From positions 1 through 59,388 of the IMG/VR virus record IMGVR_UViG_3300037245_003140: 59,388 bases of DNA. One strand, written 5' to 3'. Positions 9,775-20,260 of this stretch are shown piece by piece. The DNA is from a virus. Taxonomy: Duplodnaviria > Caudoviricetes. The translations under genes were made by a program, and so were the position numbers. Under the pieces are notes generated by a model, which saw nothing but the letters and a program-made list of their open reading frames with translations, made no database searches and was not told the DNA's origin. Positions within the stretch are counted from its first letter, which is position 1; each line of letters starts with the position of its first letter.

Positions 9775-10643
9775 TGTTAGAAATAAGTTCGGATGCCATA
9801 TCCGAGAAAAACAAAATAACCTCTGACGGGACGTGGTTAATATTACTTGAAATCGCATATGAAGGCGACACGCCGCTTTATGTATGTCTAAATAACGAAT
9901 CAATAGAATGGGATAGTAAAACATGGATACCTGCAATATTCAAACTATCAGGTATACAGGAATCCAGAGACGCAGAAGTTCCAAACATTAACTTAAGTTT
10001 CTATGATCTAAGCAGATCAATCATTCCTATATTAGAAGAGCTTAACGGCGCTATTGGAGCTATCGTAACAATAAGAATAGTACATTCAAAATTCCTATCA
10101 AATACAACTGCCGAGCTAACTGAAGTAACGGAAATTATTAATACCTCAGTAACCGACACGGCACTTGTTAATTTTGTGCTAGGGGCCGCAAATCTACTAA
10201 ATAGAAGATGCCCTATGCAAAGATACTTAAAAAATAATTGTAGATTTGTGTTTAAAAAAGCTCAAATGAATTTTACAGCAGCTGGCACCATCGATCTAAA
10301 TTCACCTTATTACATAAAAGGAGATGCGTCCGGGAACAAAGGGTTGATCAGAGAGGCTCAGATAGAGTCTGGAGATTATGCTGGCAATACTGCAGCTGGC
10401 TTGTTAATATTTTCAACTATATCCGGCCCGTTTCAAACCGAAACGATCTCCCTATATAGTGATTCGGATTTCACAATATTAGTACAAGCGGCAGCGGCAA
10501 GCGTTACGGTTTCAAATGGAAATTGTGGCTATACAGGAAGTCAAACCGATTGCAATCGGTCTTTTTCAAGATGCCAAGAGCTTAATAACTCCACTAGATT
10601 TGGTGGATTTATTGGTGTAGGAGTTAAGGGGTTAATAAAATGA
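9774..10643 (+). CDS. Minor tail/hub protein (lambda gpL-like)
   Basis: C-RFVF...CGY....C.R....C....N..RFGGF cysteine signature of gpL-like proteins. Confidence 0.75.
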   Translation: MLEISSDAISEKNKITSDGTWLILLEIAYEGDTPLYVCLNNESIEWDSKTWIPAIFKLSGIQESRDAEVPNINLSFYDLSRSIIPILEELNGAIGAIVTIRIVHSKFLSNTTAELTEVTEIINTSVTDTALVNFVLGAANLLNRRCPMQRYLKNNCRFVFKKAQMNFTAAGTIDLNSPYYIKGDASGNKGLIREAQIESGDYAGNTAAGLLIFSTISGPFQTETISLYSDSDFTILVQAAAASVTVSNGNCGYTGSQTDCNRSFSRCQELNNSTRFGGFIGVGVKGLIK

Positions 10644-11023
10644 TATACAACGATTTGATAGGAATTCCGTTTAGTGCAGAGGGAGATGTGGGGATCAACT
10701 GTTACAACCTCCTAAGGAGGGCATTTAAAAAACACGGCATAAAGGTACCTGAAACAAATATTTCTGTTTGTGCTTGCCGAGAAGCGAGTAACAAGGAAAT
10801 CGCAAACAATGTGTCAAAATATTGGCTCAAAATAAAAAAACCTAAGACCCCGTGTGCCGTTGTTATTCGTTCGACAAATCCCGACTTTGCAAACCATATT
10901 GGTACTTACGTTGGATCAGGGCGCATACTACACGTTGCTCAAAATATTAATTCTGTGATAGAGAGAATGTATCCTAAGTATGAAAACAAGATCTTAGGGT
11001 TTTATGAATTTGTGGGAGAATAG
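10640..11023 (+). CDS. NlpC/P60-family tail assembly protein (gpK-like)
   Basis: DLIGIPF..G.NCY...HIG.YVG.G..LH, carrying the catalytic Cys and His. Confidence 0.85.
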   Translation: MIYNDLIGIPFSAEGDVGINCYNLLRRAFKKHGIKVPETNISVCACREASNKEIANNVSKYWLKIKKPKTPCAVVIRSTNPDFANHIGTYVGSGRILHVAQNINSVIERMYPKYENKILGFYEFVGE

Positions 11024-14000
11024 ATGTCTGTAACAGTAACAACAATTAAAGATCCACTTAATCCACTTGTAAATAAAAAGGAGTTGTTGAATTACGAAAA
11101 AAACAACCCTGTTTCTCACTACGTCAAAAATTTGATTGTTGGAATGGATATTACCTATATTATATACGTAAATGGAAACCCTGCAACTGAAAAAACAATA
11201 GTGAAAGATAACGATATAATAGCAGTTGTCGCAAAAATTGAGGGCGAATGGGTTGCTGTTGTTGCTATTATTATTTATGCTGCCTGGCAAGCTGGACGAG
11301 GCGTTTATACTGAAATACCAATTATTACGCCGATATCAGAAACCGAGCAAACCTACGGATGGGGAGACCCAAAACAAACAAATCGAGAAGGCGTTGGGAT
11401 ACCTTATCTTTTCGGGGACAATAGAGTTCCAGGCCATGTAATAAATCAATTCGTCAGTGTGGAAAATAACAATGATATATTAAACGTCCTTTTAGGTGTT
11501 TGCGATCATCCTGTTGACTCAATAACTGACATAGAAATAAATAAACAGCCCGCTTCTAATTATAGGGGAGTGACAGCAAAGACAAAATTGGGTTTAAATA
11601 ATGACTCTCCCATTCCCGGATTCAATGAAATTATAAACCAGACAACTGTAGGTTCAAGGCTAAATAAAGACGTTCCGGTAATTTCAACAACTGGGGGAAA
11701 TTTTGTTGAAAAAATTAGAATATTCATAACAGCTCCAGCTGGATTGTATTTTTCAAACGATACCGGAGAACTTGAATCAAGATCTGCAATATTTAAAATT
11801 GAATACAAGCTTTCTTCAAATCCTGCATGGACTCTTTTTGGTTCCAAGACTATAAATGCTGCTACAGTAGAAGCGCAGAGAAAAACATACGATATAGACA
11901 GTCTAACCCCAGGGCAATATAACATTAGAATAACACGAACAAACGCTAGGGAAGAAAACTTCAGAGGTCGGTCTGATATCGATTTTACTTTATTCCAAGA
12001 GATAGTTAAACAAGAACTTATATACCCAAGACTCGCCGCTTATTCAGTTGAAGCCATTGCAACTGATCAACTGAGTGGCGGGACTCCATCGTATTCAGCA
12101 TTAGTAACAAGAAGCACAGTGAGAGTGTTCAATGAAACAACTGGTTACTGGGAATCTAAAAGGGCAACCAACTATGCATGGATGTGCTACGCCCTCTTAA
12201 ATGAATTTTCGGAAAGAGATAAGTCGGAAATAATATGGGATGATTTTCTTGAATGGGGGAATTATGGCGATGATATTGTCGACGGTGATTATAGATTCAA
12301 TGGAAATTGTATTGTTATTGATGACGGTGGAAGTTTTTGGAGTGAGATTCAAAAAATAGCACGATACGGATTTGGTGAAATCGTAAGGCGTGGGACTCGT
12401 TATGGCGTCTATATTGATAAACCACAGGGCACTGTATCTGATATGTTTACAATGGGAAACATAATAGAAGGAAGCTTTCAGATGCAATACCTGCCGAAAA
12501 AGGACAGGGCAAATGCAATTGAATTACAATATAACGATCGCGACAGAAACTATAATCGTCAAGTTGTAACAATATACTCAGAAGATTACTTAGAAACCGG
12601 AATAACCCCTATAAAATCAACATTGGCACTTGAGGCTTCAATATCTCAACCCGAAGCTATAAGACAGGCAGTAAGAAGGATAAACACAAATAAATTTGTA
12701 AATAGAACGATCACCTTTAACGCTTTTGTGGATTCATTTGCTGCCACAATTGGCGATTTAATATACTTCCAGCACTTTATTCCATCTTATGAAACAGGGT
12801 TAGGTGGAAGGATTTTAGATGCTGGAAATGATGATGGATTCGGAAATCCATATTGTGAAATTGATCAAGAATATACTTTTGCAATAGGCCAAATATACAC
12901 AGTTCTAGTAAGGCTTAACGATGGCTCACTGACAGAAAAAGTCATAAACAACGCAGGGGGTACAACATCAAATATATTAACCCTAACCACTCCATGGGCT
13001 ATTGTCCCTGTAGTAGATAATACGGAAAAACCTGTCTATACATTTGGGGAAGTTGCCACAAACAAAAAAATATACCGTTTATCCTCAGTATCAAGACAGG
13101 ATGATTTCGTTAGATCTTTAGTTGCAACTGAATATATCCCAGAGATCTATACTAATAACGATGGATTTATAATAGACGAGATAGTTGACGAAGATATAGT
13201 TCAAAGAGCGAACGAATTAACACTTGAAGAAAACGTTACATTTCAAGAAAACGGGGCTTATTTCAGCTCTGTAGCGATTGCATGGATCCCGATCCAAAGC
13301 GGTGGATTTGATTGGGTTGTGTGGCTCGAAGACCTTACAAGTGGAATTGATCCAATTAAAGTTATAACAACCGGGTCAACAACTGGAATTATACCAACTG
13401 GGCAGATAACAACAGGGCATAGCTATAGGGTTTATATAAATACAGAAGAAGAGGGAGCTGTAAATTTCTTTTCAAATTCAGGGACTATAACTATTGTAGG
13501 CAAAGAGGTTTTGCCTGAAGATGTTACAAAATTCTTTACCCAAGATAACCAATTAACTTGGGAATACATAGGCTCTATCAGTGAGATATCAGGCTTTAGA
13601 ATAAAACAAGGATTCGGGGATAACGTTTCTTGGGCCGAGGCAACATATCTCAACAACGGAAACCTCGTAAGTTCACCATATCCAATTGAAGCCAATGGTG
13701 TAACAACAACATATATGATAAAAGCCTTTGATAACGTTGGAAGAGAGAGCGAGAACCCAGCAATTGTAATAACCAACTTGGGTGATATAGATACCTCTAA
13801 TATAGCGGAAGAGGAAATACTTGCCCCTTCATTCAGTGGGACTATTGTTAACGGAACCGTTATATTCGATGAATTATTTTCCAATAACAGTGGTAAGTTC
13901 TGGACAGGGGAAGAGAATAATGTTATCTGGTCAGGAATTCCCGGTAATTATTATTTTACGACTAAATATTTAGAAATGAGCTATACTTTTAGATTTACTC

Positions 14001-14515
14001 CTAAATTCATGGGGGTTCCTGTAATATTTAAAGTTGATACTGTTTCACCTCAAGGATATCAAATATATTATAGGGAGGTGTTGCCTGCTATATATTGGTC
14101 AGGGAATCCCAATGCTGTTTTTTCGATTGCTTGGAATGGAGAGGACACAAGCGAATTCAAGTTATTACCTCCTTCAACGATCCTAAAAGAGCAAGAATAC
14201 GAAATAAAAATTGTTACAAATACGGGGGCTGAGCAATCAAAAATAAGCGAGATAAAAGTTGCTTATGATTTCCCGGACATAGTGGAGACGTTTGAAGATC
14301 TATCTATAAGTGCGATGGGAACAAGAATCCCAATAGCAAAAGAGTATCAATTGATAAAAAACGTTGGGCTTACACTGCAAACAGCCGGTGGGTCTTCTGC
14401 AACAAGCCTATTGGTTGATGATAAAGATCCAGATTTAGGTCCACTAATATTTGCAAAAGATAAAGACCAAGTAAATGTCACAGCGACTATTGACACAAGA
14501 ATACAAGGATATTAA
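11024..14515 (+). CDS. Tail tip/host specificity protein (gpJ-like)
   Basis: 1163 aa; G..IPYLFG and YP.LA motifs; beta-rich C-terminal half; synteny. Confidence 0.85.
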   Translation: MSVTVTTIKDPLNPLVNKKELLNYEKNNPVSHYVKNLIVGMDITYIIYVNGNPATEKTIVKDNDIIAVVAKIEGEWVAVVAIIIYAAWQAGRGVYTEIPIITPISETEQTYGWGDPKQTNREGVGIPYLFGDNRVPGHVINQFVSVENNNDILNVLLGVCDHPVDSITDIEINKQPASNYRGVTAKTKLGLNNDSPIPGFNEIINQTTVGSRLNKDVPVISTTGGNFVEKIRIFITAPAGLYFSNDTGELESRSAIFKIEYKLSSNPAWTLFGSKTINAATVEAQRKTYDIDSLTPGQYNIRITRTNAREENFRGRSDIDFTLFQEIVKQELIYPRLAAYSVEAIATDQLSGGTPSYSALVTRSTVRVFNETTGYWESKRATNYAWMCYALLNEFSERDKSEIIWDDFLEWGNYGDDIVDGDYRFNGNCIVIDDGGSFWSEIQKIARYGFGEIVRRGTRYGVYIDKPQGTVSDMFTMGNIIEGSFQMQYLPKKDRANAIELQYNDRDRNYNRQVVTIYSEDYLETGITPIKSTLALEASISQPEAIRQAVRRINTNKFVNRTITFNAFVDSFAATIGDLIYFQHFIPSYETGLGGRILDAGNDDGFGNPYCEIDQEYTFAIGQIYTVLVRLNDGSLTEKVINNAGGTTSNILTLTTPWAIVPVVDNTEKPVYTFGEVATNKKIYRLSSVSRQDDFVRSLVATEYIPEIYTNNDGFIIDEIVDEDIVQRANELTLEENVTFQENGAYFSSVAIAWIPIQSGGFDWVVWLEDLTSGIDPIKVITTGSTTGIIPTGQITTGHSYRVYINTEEEGAVNFFSNSGTITIVGKEVLPEDVTKFFTQDNQLTWEYIGSISEISGFRIKQGFGDNVSWAEATYLNNGNLVSSPYPIEANGVTTTYMIKAFDNVGRESENPAIVITNLGDIDTSNIAEEEILAPSFSGTIVNGTVIFDELFSNNSGKFWTGEENNVIWSGIPGNYYFTTKYLEMSYTFRFTPKFMGVPVIFKVDTVSPQGYQIYYREVLPAIYWSGNPNAVFSIAWNGEDTSEFKLLPPSTILKEQEYEIKIVTNTGAEQSKISEIKVAYDFPDIVETFEDLSISAMGTRIPIAKEYQLIKNVGLTLQTAGGSSATSLLVDDKDPDLGPLIFAKDKDQVNVTATIDTRIQGY

Positions 14516-14532
14516 AAAAATAAGGAGTAAAC

Positions 14533-15726
14533 ATGTCACTATTACCAGATATAAATTTTTATAATACGGCTAAAACTGAAGGAGAATCGAACATAGGTTG
14601 GTTCTTAAAAGTTAGGAGCGTAATAACAGAATTACTTGGGGGGGCTGAGAGCTTCCCCACATACACTATAGATACAGGTGTTATAAGTCCGGCCGTTGCT
14701 ATTTTTGATATTGCGACCGAGGGTGCAGCAGCTACAGACGAGCTCTCCCAAATTTCTATAACAGTTGGTACAGAGTGGGCAGAAGGTCGAATAATAATTA
14801 TCAGTATTAATAATGATGCACAGGCAGTCCTGCTTAAACACGAAGGCGGTGGGTCTGGGCAGATGTCCTTTACTGATGGGGTGGATGTTCTTCTGAACAG
14901 TACTAAAAAACGGGTTGTCCTTATACTTAAGGGTACAGTTTGGGAAGAATTCAATTTTGTTCCCTATGGAGCTAATAGTGAAGCACAAAGCATCAGTGCG
15001 AGTGTTGTAGGAAGTGCCTTAACAGTAGGTTTAAAAGCTAAAAACCTTAAATTTAGAAAAACTGATTTAACAAATGGAATCTATGATAATATATCATTCT
15101 CTGATTTATCGCTTATAATTCCTAGTGGTGCTACCCTTGGTACCATTAACTCGGTCGAAAGCGAGTTAATCTTAATTGCAATTAATAACGCTGGAACAGT
15201 AGAGCTTGTAATTGTAAATATTGCAGGGGGTAATGACTTATCAGAAACTGGATTAATAACCACAGTTGCTATTAGTGCAGCAGCCGATAGTAACAATGTT
15301 TTTTATTCAGAATTTGCAAGGGTTGGGGTTCCCTATCGTGTTGTAGGTTCTGTAAAATCAACACAAGCCACAGCAGGAGCATGGGCAACTACTCCAAGTG
15401 CTGTCCAGGGTTATGGCGGTCAGGCTTTAGCCTCGATGTCAAGTGTTGGGTATGGACAGACAGAACAAATCCTCACGGGTTCCAGGGCTTTTGGTGTTAC
15501 ATATTACACCCCACCTGGTAAACCTATACACGTGAGTGTATGGGGTAATGCTAGTGCTTCAAACCAAGATTTAGTTATTACAATTAATGGTTCGGCTTTT
15601 TATGTGGGGGCAAAATCATATGCTATAGGAGTTCAAATAAGTGTAAGCGGGTTTGTGCGTGGTGGTGTGAGCTATTCAGTAAATGGAAGTGGTGTCAGTT
15701 TATCAACTTGGAAAGAATCAAGATAA
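14533..15726 (+). CDS. Tail fiber/receptor-binding protein
   Basis: 397 aa, Gly/Ser/Thr-rich; C-terminal GYGQT....SRA.GVTY...GKPI motif common in fiber tips. Confidence 0.75.
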   Translation: MSLLPDINFYNTAKTEGESNIGWFLKVRSVITELLGGAESFPTYTIDTGVISPAVAIFDIATEGAAATDELSQISITVGTEWAEGRIIIISINNDAQAVLLKHEGGGSGQMSFTDGVDVLLNSTKKRVVLILKGTVWEEFNFVPYGANSEAQSISASVVGSALTVGLKAKNLKFRKTDLTNGIYDNISFSDLSLIIPSGATLGTINSVESELILIAINNAGTVELVIVNIAGGNDLSETGLITTVAISAAADSNNVFYSEFARVGVPYRVVGSVKSTQATAGAWATTPSAVQGYGGQALASMSSVGYGQTEQILTGSRAFGVTYYTPPGKPIHVSVWGNASASNQDLVITINGSAFYVGAKSYAIGVQISVSGFVRGGVSYSVNGSGVSLSTWKESR

Positions 15727-15741
15727 GAGGAGGAAAAAAAT

Positions 15742-16284
15742 ATGACGTTATACGGATTGCCAAATAATGAAATACACGATGATGGTGGAAGAGAAGATAT
15801 TAAAGAAAAGATTCTTTCAAAGAATCCAGGTGCTGAAATACTTGACAGATTACCAAAAGATAACGAATCTTATGTATTTGGAGAGGGTTTTCTTTTTCAA
15901 TATATTCCTTGTAGAGAATCAAGGTGTGATGAAGTAGATAGATTAAGAGACACAAAACAGTATGAGGGTTTCATTTATGGGGGGAAAACCTGGGATATAA
16001 GACCTCTTGATATAATGAATATCCTCGGGAGGCAGGCTTACGCTCATAATGGTTTAACAGACGATACTAATTATCCATGGACAACTGAGAAGAAAACATG
16101 GTGGGATAGAGAAAACATTGATCATGTATTCATTACAAGACAAGATTTTATAGATTTTGCTTTAGCTGTTGACGTGTTTATTAGTTTATTATTCAGAAAA
16201 GGTATGGATCATAAAAGAGCCTTAAGGTTACTGACTAACTATGAACTAATAAGAGACTATGGTATAACTACAGGGTGGGAATAA
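15742..16284 (+). CDS. Tail fiber assembly-like protein (DUF4376-like)
   Basis: Follows the fiber gene; LRD....GF.YGG..WD...W..DREN pattern. Confidence 0.6.
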   Translation: MTLYGLPNNEIHDDGGREDIKEKILSKNPGAEILDRLPKDNESYVFGEGFLFQYIPCRESRCDEVDRLRDTKQYEGFIYGGKTWDIRPLDIMNILGRQAYAHNGLTDDTNYPWTTEKKTWWDRENIDHVFITRQDFIDFALAVDVFISLLFRKGMDHKRALRLLTNYELIRDYGITTGWE

Positions 16285-16423
16285 TGAAAAAAAGGCGACA
16301 AATAAAACGGGGTTCCAGATCTTTGGGTCGTAATTATGGGTTTACAACTACTAGTGCTGCACTAAATATACCTCCTGTATGGTCTCCTAAACCAAATAGA
16401 CAGCCAGGAGAAGGGGTTTACAC

Positions 16424-17110
16424 GTGGTAGAATTGAACAAAAAATTAATATTATGCTTGTTAATATCCGCTGTATTGCAAAGCCTTCATAACTTTAAATT
16501 CGGCAATGCAAACCCATGGGATATTAACTATATTGCAACCAGATTAGAAATAGCTGTGTGGATTGCCTTCTCTTTCTCGATCATTCCGTATAAATACCTG
16601 TTTACAAAATCATGCCTATTTGGTTTATGCCTAATAGAGATCCCCGAATTTTTAATATATCTGTTTAATCCAAACGTCTATCTAATATGTGGGATTCGTG
16701 GACTTATGTTTATAATTGGAATGGCCTATATTTTTTCTAAAAGTTACACTTCAGATATTAAAGAACTGGACGAAGAGCATTTTTTCATCGTAGGAATTAA
16801 ACCCAAAAAACTTACAGGGTTTCACTTTATACTCTCACTATTCCATAAAGATCCATACGGCGGTGTGGGCGTATATGCGGCAGGAAAATTCTATCACTAT
16901 AGAAGAGATTGCATAACCATAGAAGATAGAAAATTCATAGAATCAAGGCCGTTTAAATACAGAATAATTAAAAAAGGGAAACTGGACCCTGGAAGATTGG
17001 AACAATTAAAATCATTAAAAGGCTCTAAGCGTGAAAAATGGTCCTTAAAATATAATTGTATGACAGTACTTGAACCTATACTTTCTAAGCGAGGGAAACC
17101 CCTGATATGA
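16424..17110 (+). CDS. Multi-pass membrane protein with a basic C-terminal domain
   Basis: About four hydrophobic segments in the N-terminal 105 aa. Confidence 0.6.
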   Translation: MVELNKKLILCLLISAVLQSLHNFKFGNANPWDINYIATRLEIAVWIAFSFSIIPYKYLFTKSCLFGLCLIEIPEFLIYLFNPNVYLICGIRGLMFIIGMAYIFSKSYTSDIKELDEEHFFIVGIKPKKLTGFHFILSLFHKDPYGGVGVYAAGKFYHYRRDCITIEDRKFIESRPFKYRIIKKGKLDPGRLEQLKSLKGSKREKWSLKYNCMTVLEPILSKRGKPLI

Positions 17111-17364
17111 ATTCTGAAAACAGACCTGCATCTGTGGTAAGAACAGAAGATACACCGTTGATTAGATGGGAGAAAAGAATATTAAATTGGTTTATAGCTG
17201 TAGTTGTTGGAGCAATGTTCTGGATGGCCGTTGATTTTAAAACCGATATTGTTGTGGTTGTTGGAGCTGTAGCAAATAATGTAAAAAAAATAGATAAGCA
17301 TGAGGCAAAGCTTGAAGACCACGAAAAACGATTAATAACCGTGGAAGTGTTTATTAAAAAATAA
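17107..17364 (+). CDS. Small membrane protein with coiled-coil tail (holin/antiholin-like)
   Basis: One TM segment, then HEAKLEDHEKRL; last gene of the late operon. Confidence 0.45.
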   Translation: MNSENRPASVVRTEDTPLIRWEKRILNWFIAVVVGAMFWMAVDFKTDIVVVVGAVANNVKKIDKHEAKLEDHEKRLITVEVFIKK

Positions 17365-17366
17365 AT

Positions 17367-17392
17367 AAGTGGGGCTATTAGGCCCCTTCTTT
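17367..17392. terminator. Terminator between convergent operons
   Basis: GGGGCT-ATTA-GGCCCC followed by TTCTTT. Confidence 0.65.
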
Positions 17393-17520
17393 AATAATCC
17401 CAGCCCACCGTAACTGTCAAAGCATTAATCTTACAATGTTCACAATATGCATTAGTAAACGGACTCTCTGTTCTTTTAGTAATCATATAATTAATATTAA
17501 CACATGCCAAAATGGAACAC

Positions 17521-17802
17521 CTATTTAAAAATACCACAGAACGCCGCCATAAATAACCCACCAAAACAGATCCCAAAGACAAATATCAAAACTTTACCTT
17601 TGAAATTATCCGTATTGAATCCTGATAAGAAATTCATAACCCTTAAGCCTAATGGTGGTTTACACCAAATAAACTTATGGTTAGATTCTCTATAATGTTC
17701 ACATTTCATCACACAGGCATTAGAACCCACTCTTGCAAACTTATTAAATGGGCAAAACCTTGTTTTAGTTCCGCAATTTGATTGTATTATTTTTGTTCTC
17801 AT
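17521..17802 (-). CDS. Cys-rich hypothetical protein with C-terminal TM segment
   Basis: GGAGG RBS; leftward operon. Confidence 0.55.
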   Translation of the reverse strand: MRTKIIQSNCGTKTRFCPFNKFARVGSNACVMKCEHYRESNHKFIWCKPPLGLRVMNFLSGFNTDNFKGKVLIFVFGICFGGLFMAAFCGIFK

Positions 17803-17811
17803 AATCCCTCC

Positions 17812-17840
17812 TTGACAATTAGATGGTTTATCTATATTCT
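17812..17840 (+). promoter_or_regulatory. Sigma70-type promoter, antisense to the leftward operon
   Basis: TTGACA-17 nt-TATTCT. Confidence 0.6.
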
Positions 17841-17871
17841 AATTACTATTCTTTTCTTTCATTATTGGTTT

Positions 17872-17902
17872 GAAAAGCGCTGGAGTTATTCAGCGCTTTT
17901 TC
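17872..17902. terminator. Bidirectional intrinsic terminator
   Basis: AAAAGCGCTG-GAGTTATT-CAGCGCTTTT. Confidence 0.75.
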
Positions 17903-18088
17903 TGTTTATAGCCTCAATACTCAATACACCTTCTTAAGAGTTCAACAGCTTTTCTTGCCTTGGTGTCTATATTTTTAATGGCCATTATTAAAGAATCCTT
18001 GCTTTCAGATTCAGGATCAAAACCGCAATCATCAGTACAGCACTCACATATTAGTTGGTCTATCTCTTGTAGGGTTTCTGTTTTTAAC

Positions 18089-18391
18089 TCATGTGTTGCC
18101 AATTTGCCCCTCCTCTTTTACATTAAAAGATTCCTCTTCCCAAACGTCAGGGCCTGGAATGGCTAAATGTTGACCTGTTTTTTCTAAAATAACCTCTCTA
18201 CCAAACTCATGTGGAGAGCAGAGTTTTAACCCCATTTCATCAGCGGTAGGTTTTGATTTTTCAACCCACTCCAAACATTTTTCTTTTGTCGGATACTCAC
18301 CAAACTGGAGATCTATGTTCATTTTCCCTATCTTCTCGCCGTCTGTAAAATAAACTGTCATTTGGAATGTTGCTGGTATTTCAAAATGCAC
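18089..18391 (-). CDS. Hypothetical protein
   Basis: AAGGAGG RBS before a GTG start. Confidence 0.6.
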   Translation of the reverse strand: MHFEIPATFQMTVYFTDGEKIGKMNIDLQFGEYPTKEKCLEWVEKSKPTADEMGLKLCSPHEFGREVILEKTGQHLAIPGPDVWEEESFNVKEEGQIGNT

Positions 18392-18639
18392 TTTTGCCTC
18401 CTTTATTCTTTACAATTCCCTAAATATAAACTATGCTTTTCTCAACACAATTTTATATCGTTTAAACCCGGCGGCTCAAATTGTTTGAGTTGGTCGGGTT
18501 TATGTTTTAAAGCTTCTCGACTGGACAATAGACAATATTTCTAATCTCTTCGGCTTTTACCTGGAAATCACTCTCTGAATAAGCAGCAGCTTGAGCAGGA
18601 TAATCTCTTTGTTTGTTTTCAATTTTCATTTCCTTCCAG

Positions 18640-19068
18640 TTATTTATCAACTACTTTTATATGTTGATGCCTTGTTCCAATATTAAGTCGTTGGTTGTCG
18701 TTTTCAGCTACCCAACCACCTACATATTCATAGGAAAAAACAACAGTTGAGGTATCTTTGGACCACACTCCGTTGTGATATATTTTAACAAGATCCCCCT
18801 CAAATATGCGAACATCATTAACATCTTTTAGTCCTGTATATTGACCTATTGTTTTTGGGTCAACCTCAGCATAGGTCCAATCCCGTTTCCAGTCTTTTTT
18901 TTTATCTCTGTATTTATCGAAATTAGTCATATGCTTAAAAGGTAATGGGTATAATATTTGGTATTTTATTTTATCAATACCTTTGTGTTGGTTTTCTTGA
19001 ACCATCAAGGAGCCTTCTGCCAATTCCCCATTGTCAACCCGTGTACCCCTGAACAATATTTCTCTCAT
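18640..19068 (-). CDS. YopX-family protein
   Basis: MREILFRG...GQYTGLKD....IFEGD signature. Confidence 0.9.
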   Translation of the reverse strand: MREILFRGTRVDNGELAEGSLMVQENQHKGIDKIKYQILYPLPFKHMTNFDKYRDKKKDWKRDWTYAEVDPKTIGQYTGLKDVNDVRIFEGDLVKIYHNGVWSKDTSTVVFSYEYVGGWVAENDNQRLNIGTRHQHIKVVDK

Positions 19069-19936
19069 TTTATTTATCCCTCAATCTTTCTTGCTTCTCA
19101 TTGCAATAGTTTATAAATTTGCAAAACTCATTATGTTGATTACAGAAATATTCTCTTGTAATTGCGTTTACCTCACCTTTCTTGCATTCTTTTACTTCAT
19201 AAGCCATTTTACTTATCCCTCCTAATTGTTTTCACCTTCTTACCTGTGTAATCTTTTATTATAGTCGTCTACGTGAATAAGTTTATTAACGCTGACAAAC
19301 TGGTCTATTGTCCCGCTTTCATATGTAACGATAAAACCTACTGGTAATGGTAAAAAGCTTGCCTTATCCAACATTTCCTCTATTTCATTCTCTGTATATT
19401 CATCTAATAGAGACTCTGTTATATCCTTAATGTCTTTCTTGTCCATTTCAGTTATGTTCATAACCTCATATATATCAGCCATATTTTCCTCCTTTATTTC
19501 CAGAATATTTGAACCACTTCTTTGTTCAGTGAGTCTCGCCTTGAAATTTCATTTCCATCACTATCGATTATTACAATAAAGAAAAGATCTACAAAATCCA
19601 GTGAGCCTTGGATTTGTTCATAATGAAAAATAAACCTCTGTCCTTCTTCTGGGTTTATTTTTAGAAAGCTATCGTGACTATTGAATGATTCTATTTCTCT
19701 TCCGTGGAAATCTGGTAAATTCTTAATGTTCAATTTAACTCCTCCTTTTCAACTTCCTTTACAGGCATCGTCAGGTTGTTCTAAATCAAGGAATATGGCG
19801 TGGTTGTTATTGGCATCAACTTTGCGTATTTCCAACATCATATCTTGATATAAATAGCACCCTTTTAACGGCATATCGCCACGGCCATCTTTGGACAGAC
19901 CATCTAAAATCTTTTTTAAATCGTTTACTGTTTCAA

Positions 19937-20116
19937 TCATACAAGACCCTCCGATTCCAGTTCTTTCCAATGGTTATAAACAGTCCTCCAACTAACACCA
20001 AGCGCTTTTGAGCATTCCATTTTTGACCTATCAGGGTACTTTATAGAATAGTTCAGAATACGCTTTTTTAGTTTCTGCTTTTTAACCACAAAGTGATAAC
20101 CTCTTTTATTTTTCAT
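19937..20116 (-). CDS. Small HTH protein (59 aa, not in the ORF track)
   Basis: MKNKRG...SKMECSKALGVSWRTVYNHWKELESEGLV; stop overlaps the next ATG; first gene of the leftward operon. Confidence 0.7.
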   Translation of the reverse strand: MKNKRGYHFVVKKQKLKKRILNYSIKYPDRSKMECSKALGVSWRTVYNHWKELESEGLV

Positions 20117-20231
20117 TCGATATCCTTATTTAATTAGCATTCTACACAACTCTAAACAAATCTATAAACAATGTCAAGTTAAAAAGAAATTATATATGTG
20201 AACTAATATGAAAGAAGATAAGAAAAAAGAG

Positions 20232-20260
20232 TTGACAAACAAAACACGATTTAATATTAT
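20232..20260 (+). promoter_or_regulatory. Sigma70 promoter of the rightward early operon
   Basis: TTGACA-17 nt-TATTAT; a divergent TTGACA lies on the minus strand near 20172-20177. Confidence 0.75.

Noticed and set aside
14533-15726. Diversity-generating retroelement target
   Set aside because: No reverse transcriptase and no template repeat found; the 31790/43972 duplicates differ at non-adenine positions too.
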